Assembly (NCBI GenBank): GCA_963837465.1
Contig: CAWINB010000004.1
Span: 330,853-394,852 of the forward strand
Origin: Candidatus Doudnabacteria bacterium
Lineage (GTDB): Bacteria > Patescibacteriota > Doudnabacteria > UBA920
Length of the DNA stretch: 64,000 bases
Direction of reading: 5' to 3'
Part shown: positions 59,613-64,000 of the stretch, one piece after another
Layout of the letters: each line of letters opens with the position of its first letter
How positions within the stretch are numbered: the first letter of the stretch is position 1
Made by a program: the position numbers and the translations under genes
Notes under the pieces: generated by a model
The model's input: only the letters and a program-made list of their open reading frames with translations
The model's database searches: none
What the model was told of the DNA's origin: nothing

Positions 59613-59889
59613 CCCGCGAAGGCTATTTAATGAAACAATAAAATCTAAATTACTAATCCAGAAAAGAAATTGCAGGCTTTAGGGACAAAGCGATCCACGA
59701 CTATGCCGGCCTTCATGCCGGGATAGTTTGGGAAACCATCCAAACGGATTTAAAACCACTACAAACAGCCTTGTTAAAAGTATCATAAGAGCTAAAAGTT
59801 GATATTTTTGACAGGCTGTTTTGTTTTCTCAAAAATGCTATAATGTAATTACTAATTGTTATCTCAACTGGAGATAAAAGCCTCTTTTC

Positions 59890-59947
59890 AAACTAAATAG
59901 TGACTCCTGCAACACAGTTCCTACGTCGGGGTGAACACCTCCTTTCT
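59890..59947 (+). repeat. terminal right arm (type 3) plus partial core cacctcctttct (59936-59947)
   Basis: aaatagtg...ggggtgaacacctcctttct resembles the aaatagtgggagcgagtgggggtgaaca...cacctcc of right arm type 2. The probable distal attR of the whole array. Confidence 0.5.
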
Positions 59948-60017
59948 TTCGCACATTTTTATATTTGTTCAGACCCTAAGTTTATTGGGAAACTAAGGGT
60001 TATTCAAAAGGTCTATT

Positions 60018-61226
60018 ATGAAAGTCTATGAAGTCTCCGATTCCCAGCAGCCAAATGCCGCTCCAAAAATAAATTACACCAGCGAGCCTACTCCAAAAGC
60101 AACCGGCAAACGGCAGGTTTCCCTTGTCGGCCCCAAAATAATTATCGGGACTATTGTTTTTGTGTTTTTATTGCTGGTCGGCAGCGCCTATGCTTTTCTT
60201 TCGCATTCCCTGTCGCGTACCAGCAAGAGTTTTAAAAATGGCCAGGCCATCAGTTTGGCTTCTTTCGCGGCGGCGGCAAATACCAAGCTTATGGGGGAAG
60301 ACCAGGATCGCACCAATGTTATGATTTACGGGCTAACCGCGGACGGGCTTCGCACCGACACAATAATTTTGGCCTCGTACTACTGGAATGAACGCAAGTT
60401 GGTCATGCTTAACATCCCCAGGGATTTGTACGCCAACTACGACAACCATGATACAAAGATTGTTTCCCTGTACGCCATTGCCAAAGACGCGGATCCGGGG
60501 GACGAGAGCTATCCCCCCCAGTACGTCAGCGACTTTATTTCCAAGGAATACGGCATCCCCGTAGATTACTGGGTCGTTGCCAATATGAATGCCTTTAAAC
60601 AGCTGGTAGATTCCGTTGGCGGCGTAACCATAAATGTGCCAGACTCTTTTACCGATTATGAGTACCCAACTGACGATTACAGCGGCTACATCCGTCCCGC
60701 TCCCCATTTTAGCGCCGGCGTTCAGACCATGGACGGCGCCACGGCGCTTATTTACGCCCGCAGCCGCCATGCCGCCGGGCCGGAAGGCACGGACTTTGCC
60801 AGGAGCAGGCGCCAGCAGGTTATTATAGAGGCGATTTTAAGCAAACTTAAGCAGCAGGGAGCGTTAACCGATGCGACCAAGCTTGATTCCTATCTGCAAA
60901 TTTTTGGCAGCAATGTTTTTACCGATATGACGCCGGCCGAACTGATTAAATCCGGCCAGCTGGCCGGCCAGCTGAATTTATCGCAGGACGTTATTACTGC
61001 CAACTGGAGCAATGATATTGGTTTTTTGTGTGATTCCACGGACGCGGGAGGTTCTTACGTGCTTCGTTACGGCGTTTTGGGCAACTGCACAGGAGCGGCC
61101 GGCGACAACGACAGCTCCCCATACAGGCAACAGGCCGTTAATTATGTACAGAACCTTTTACAGAGCGCGGAACCTCCGGTTTCAACCAGCACGGCCACCA
61201 GCGCCACAACTACCTCGCCTGACTGA
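60018..61226 (+). CDS. LytR-CpsA-Psr (LCP) family cell-envelope transferase
   Basis: N-terminal TM, then NVMIYGLTADGLRTDTIILASYY...LNIPRDLY, the LCP domain signature. Confidence 0.75.
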   Translation: MKVYEVSDSQQPNAAPKINYTSEPTPKATGKRQVSLVGPKIIIGTIVFVFLLLVGSAYAFLSHSLSRTSKSFKNGQAISLASFAAAANTKLMGEDQDRTNVMIYGLTADGLRTDTIILASYYWNERKLVMLNIPRDLYANYDNHDTKIVSLYAIAKDADPGDESYPPQYVSDFISKEYGIPVDYWVVANMNAFKQLVDSVGGVTINVPDSFTDYEYPTDDYSGYIRPAPHFSAGVQTMDGATALIYARSRHAAGPEGTDFARSRRQQVIIEAILSKLKQQGALTDATKLDSYLQIFGSNVFTDMTPAELIKSGQLAGQLNLSQDVITANWSNDIGFLCDSTDAGGSYVLRYGVLGNCTGAAGDNDSSPYRQQAVNYVQNLLQSAEPPVSTSTATSATTTSPD

Positions 61227-61445
61227 CTTTTAAGACATAGCTTAATAATCAAATATGTCGCAAACCCCGTAAAATCAATATCTCCATTAATTTAAGTCTT
61301 AAAGGCCAGTAAGCCTTGGCCAATCCATCATCTTCCATGTCCACGCGGGACTGCCCCGGGCCATAGGCTTCCGGCGGCGCGAGTATTGGATTTGTCCCTT
61401 AATAACCCGGTTTTAAACCAGGCTCCGTTGTGATATTATAGAGTC

Positions 61446-62165
61446 ATGTTGAAAATACAGCAGCTTACCAAAAAATTTGGAAACAAAATTGCCTTAAATA
61501 ACGCGGATTTGGAAATAAAATCCGGGGAAGTTTTTTGTCTTATTGGACCCAACGGCGCCGGTAAATCCACACTGGTTAAAATTGTGGCCGGGTTGCTGCA
61601 ACCCAGTTCCGGACAGGTTAGCGTGGAAGGGTTTGACTCGGTTAAAGATCCGGAAAAAACCAAAGCCCGGCTTGGCTATATTCCGGACGAACCCACGGTC
61701 TGGAGCGCTGTTACCGGAGGTGAATTTTTGCGGATTGTGGGCGCGCTATACGGTATAAGCGCCCAAAGGCTTGGGGAAAAAATTCCCGCGCTCCTTTCCG
61801 TGTTCGGCTTAGAAAATATAGAGCAGGATTACTTTGAAGATTACTCACGTGGCAACAAGCAAAAATTTTCTATTTTGGCGGCACTGCTGCACAGCCCAAA
61901 TTTTTTACTGGTAGATGAGCCCATAGTCGGCCTGGATCCCACGAGCGCCGAAATCGCCAAAGTCCAATTTTCGGAATTCGCGAAAAACGGCGGCGGTGTT
62001 TTGATGGTCACCCATACCTTGAGTGTAGCCCAGGCTATTGCCGACCGCATAGGTTTTTTGGAAGACGGCCGGCTGAAAGCCGTAGGCAGTATGGCGGAAC
62101 TGCGTTTAAAAGCCGGCTTGCCGGAAACCTCCTCCTTAGAAGAAGTTTATAAAAAGCTGGTTTAA
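61446..62165 (+). CDS. ABC transporter ATP-binding protein
   Basis: Walker A GPNGAGKST, the signature-like YSRGNKQKFSILAAL, and Walker B LLVDEP. Confidence 0.85.
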   Translation: MLKIQQLTKKFGNKIALNNADLEIKSGEVFCLIGPNGAGKSTLVKIVAGLLQPSSGQVSVEGFDSVKDPEKTKARLGYIPDEPTVWSAVTGGEFLRIVGALYGISAQRLGEKIPALLSVFGLENIEQDYFEDYSRGNKQKFSILAALLHSPNFLLVDEPIVGLDPTSAEIAKVQFSEFAKNGGGVLMVTHTLSVAQAIADRIGFLEDGRLKAVGSMAELRLKAGLPETSSLEEVYKKLV

Positions 62166-62430
62166 TTTTCGGTCAGAACTTACGCAATCAGTCCAAGGCC
62201 AGGGGTAGCCGGAAAATTTTTTTGCCTTCGTCTTGCCCAGAAGCTAGCTTAAAAATAGTTTGCAGCCCAAAAGATTTATAAGACAGGTTCTAGTTAAATC
62301 CTTGCAGGGCAAGACGTGAGGCAAAACAAATTTATCCGCCAACCCCTGGCTCACGGTCGGGCGCGGAAGCCATGCGCCAACCTTAATTTCAATAACTAAG
62401 CTCGTCCAAAACGGGCAAATCGGCAGGCAA

Positions 62431-64000
62431 ATGCTAAAATTTTTGTGGCAGATAAATTTAAGGCGCTTGCGCCGCTATTTCCGGAAAAATTTTCTGGCCA
62501 AAGCCGTTACCACGGCTATGTTCGCGCTCGTCTTTTGCGGCGTGGCAGGGGGTATTTACGAGTTTTTTTACCGCGGGTTTTTATACTTAAAAACTTTTCC
62601 TTATTTTAGGTCGGCGCTGATGCTGTATTCGTTTGAGATCTTTTTTTTGCTGACTTGTTTTTTAATCTGGCTGGGCTCGGTCATCTCTTTGTTGTTCGGC
62701 TTGTTTAAAAACGGGCGCTCCAATTTTATTATGGCCACGCCAAAATTCGGGACGCTGCGGATTTATACTCTCTGTTCAAGTTTGCTGTCATCAGTCTGGA
62801 TTTTATTGTTTGTTCTGGCTCCGGCGCTGTGGGCCGGGGAGGTGGTTTTTCATAGCGGTTTTTGGGCTTTTATTTTGGAGATGCTGGCCTGCCTGCTGAT
62901 AATTATTTTCTCGGTTTTACTGGCTTACGTCATGATTTTAGGCACGGCTTATATTTGGAGGTTTTTGCTTAAATCCGGCCCTGGGTTTTTGGGATTGGCG
63001 CTGTGCCTGGCCATTTTGACTTTTATGATATTCGGTGTAGTGGCAGCTAAAATTTCCCATAACGATATTGTCGCGATTTTGAGCACGGAAGATTTAAAAT
63101 TAAGCCAGGCTCCGCTTGGTCCTGTGCTGCAAAGTTTTAAATTATTGCCCACCAGCATGGCGGCCCAGATTGTGACTTTCGGCCAGTTGGGAGAGCTGGG
63201 AAAAACTTCCAGTTGTTTTGCCGTCCTGGCGCTTTTGATAATTATTGAGTTGCTGCTGACCTGGCTTTTGGGAAAAGCTTTTTTGCCGCTGTGGCAAAGC
63301 CTGGCGGAGAGCGGCGGGGCGGCCCGCGGGCGGCCCGGGAATAAAATCCCAAAATCAAACTTGCTGAATTCCCCGTTTGGCGCTGTGCTGTATAAAGAAA
63401 AAATACAACTGTTCCGTAATCCCAAAAACGCTTTTTGGCTGATGTTTTTGCTGCTGCTGTGGCTGAGCTATATTGGTTTTACCCTGACTTTTCAGCTGCG
63501 CTTGCGCAAAGACAGTGACCAGATAAGCCAGCTGCCCAATATTATTTTGGCTGTCCAACTGCTGGTTTTGGTTTATTTTGTCAGCGCGCTGTGTTTGCGT
63601 TTCGTGTTTCCTTCGTTTTCTTCCGAGCGTAATACCGCCTGGATTTTTGCCTGTTCGCCTCTGCGTTTGGGTCGGCTGTTGTGGGCCAAGTTTTGGTTTT
63701 TTGCCCTGACGTTTGGAGGATTCGCATTGTTGGCGGAAGCTGTCAATGTTTTATTGCTCAAGCTGCCAGGCGGCCAGGCCGGACTATTTTTAACATTGGG
63801 ACTGACAACAGTTTTTACGCTCTGCGCTTTGGGTCTGTATTTTGGGGTCAAATTTGCCAATTTTGAAACTGACGATCCCCAGGCTTTGGGCACCTCCGTT
63901 CCCGGCCTGATCTTTATGCTTTGCGCCGTAATCTATGGAGCCTTGTCCGCCTACGTTTATTATGTTTTTTTATCCGCCGCTTTGCCGGCGCTGCCCGTGA
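62431..64000 (+). CDS. ABC-transporter-associated multi-TM permease (3' end beyond window)
   Basis: Open frame from the ATG at 62431 to the window end, strongly hydrophobic by eye translation. Only short antisense ORFs appear in the track here. Confidence 0.5.
   Translation, partial: MLKFLWQINLRRLRRYFRKNFLAKAVTTAMFALVFCGVAGGIYEFFYRGFLYLKTFPYFRSALMLYSFEIFFLLTCFLIWLGSVISLLFGLFKNGRSNFIMATPKFGTLRIYTLCSSLLSSVWILLFVLAPALWAGEVVFHSGFWAFILEMLACLLIIIFSVLLAYVMILGTAYIWRFLLKSGPGFLGLALCLAILTFMIFGVVAAKISHNDIVAILSTEDLKLSQAPLGPVLQSFKLLPTSMAAQIVTFGQLGELGKTSSCFAVLALLIIIELLLTWLLGKAFLPLWQSLAESGGAARGRPGNKIPKSNLLNSPFGAVLYKEKIQLFRNPKNAFWLMFLLLLWLSYIGFTLTFQLRLRKDSDQISQLPNIILAVQLLVLVYFVSALCLRFVFPSFSSERNTAWIFACSPLRLGRLLWAKFWFFALTFGGFALLAEAVNVLLLKLPGGQAGLFLTLGLTTVFTLCALGLYFGVKFANFETDDPQALGTSVPGLIFMLCAVIYGALSAYVYYVFLSAALPALPV

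Noticed and set aside
59820-59860. ttgaca...tataat upstream of 60018
   Set aside because: Spacer between the hexamers is about 25 nt, too long for a sigma70 promoter. Not called.

Overview
This window looks like an AT-rich Candidate Phyla Radiation (CPR)-type bacterial chromosome segment. Positions 1-15.5 kb carry ordinary housekeeping genes (sodA, rny-ymdB, nusA, clpP, yraN, a HEPN/MNT pair, methyltransferase) interrupted by an IS630-family IS and an rve-type transposase. A 16S rRNA gene (about 16288-17873) contains a roughly 100-nt AT-rich expansion hairpin. It is followed by an integrase-rich mobile region of about 42 kb (17861-59947), not by an ITS or 23S. The last 18 nt of the 16S gene (cacctcctttctaaggaa, including the anti-Shine-Dalgarno) recur as a core at 34663, 47721 and partially at 46050, 51859 and 59936. 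Each core is preceded by one of a few conserved right-arm repeats. Three cores are each followed by a conserved left arm of about 275 bp and a tyrosine recombinase, giving three class-A integrases. Two further intact integrases and one fragment belong to a second clade (class B). I read this as a tandem array of integrative islands that use the 16S 3' terminus as attB. Cargo is dominated by defence and toxin-antitoxin modules. These are Type III RM, Dcm plus a putative REase, AbiEi/AbiEii, BrnT/BrnA, a Panacea-domain pair, and a complete diversity-generating retroelement. The DGR has a VR/TR pair differing at about 25 positions, all at TR adenines, with an Avd and an RT carrying the IGxxxSQ-like motif. 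There are also several uncharacterised operons and IS256/IS3 remnants. Three homopolymer or dinucleotide tracts cluster around the DGR. Downstream of the array are an LCP-family protein and an ABC transporter. I saw no tRNA, CRISPR array or 23S/5S rRNA.
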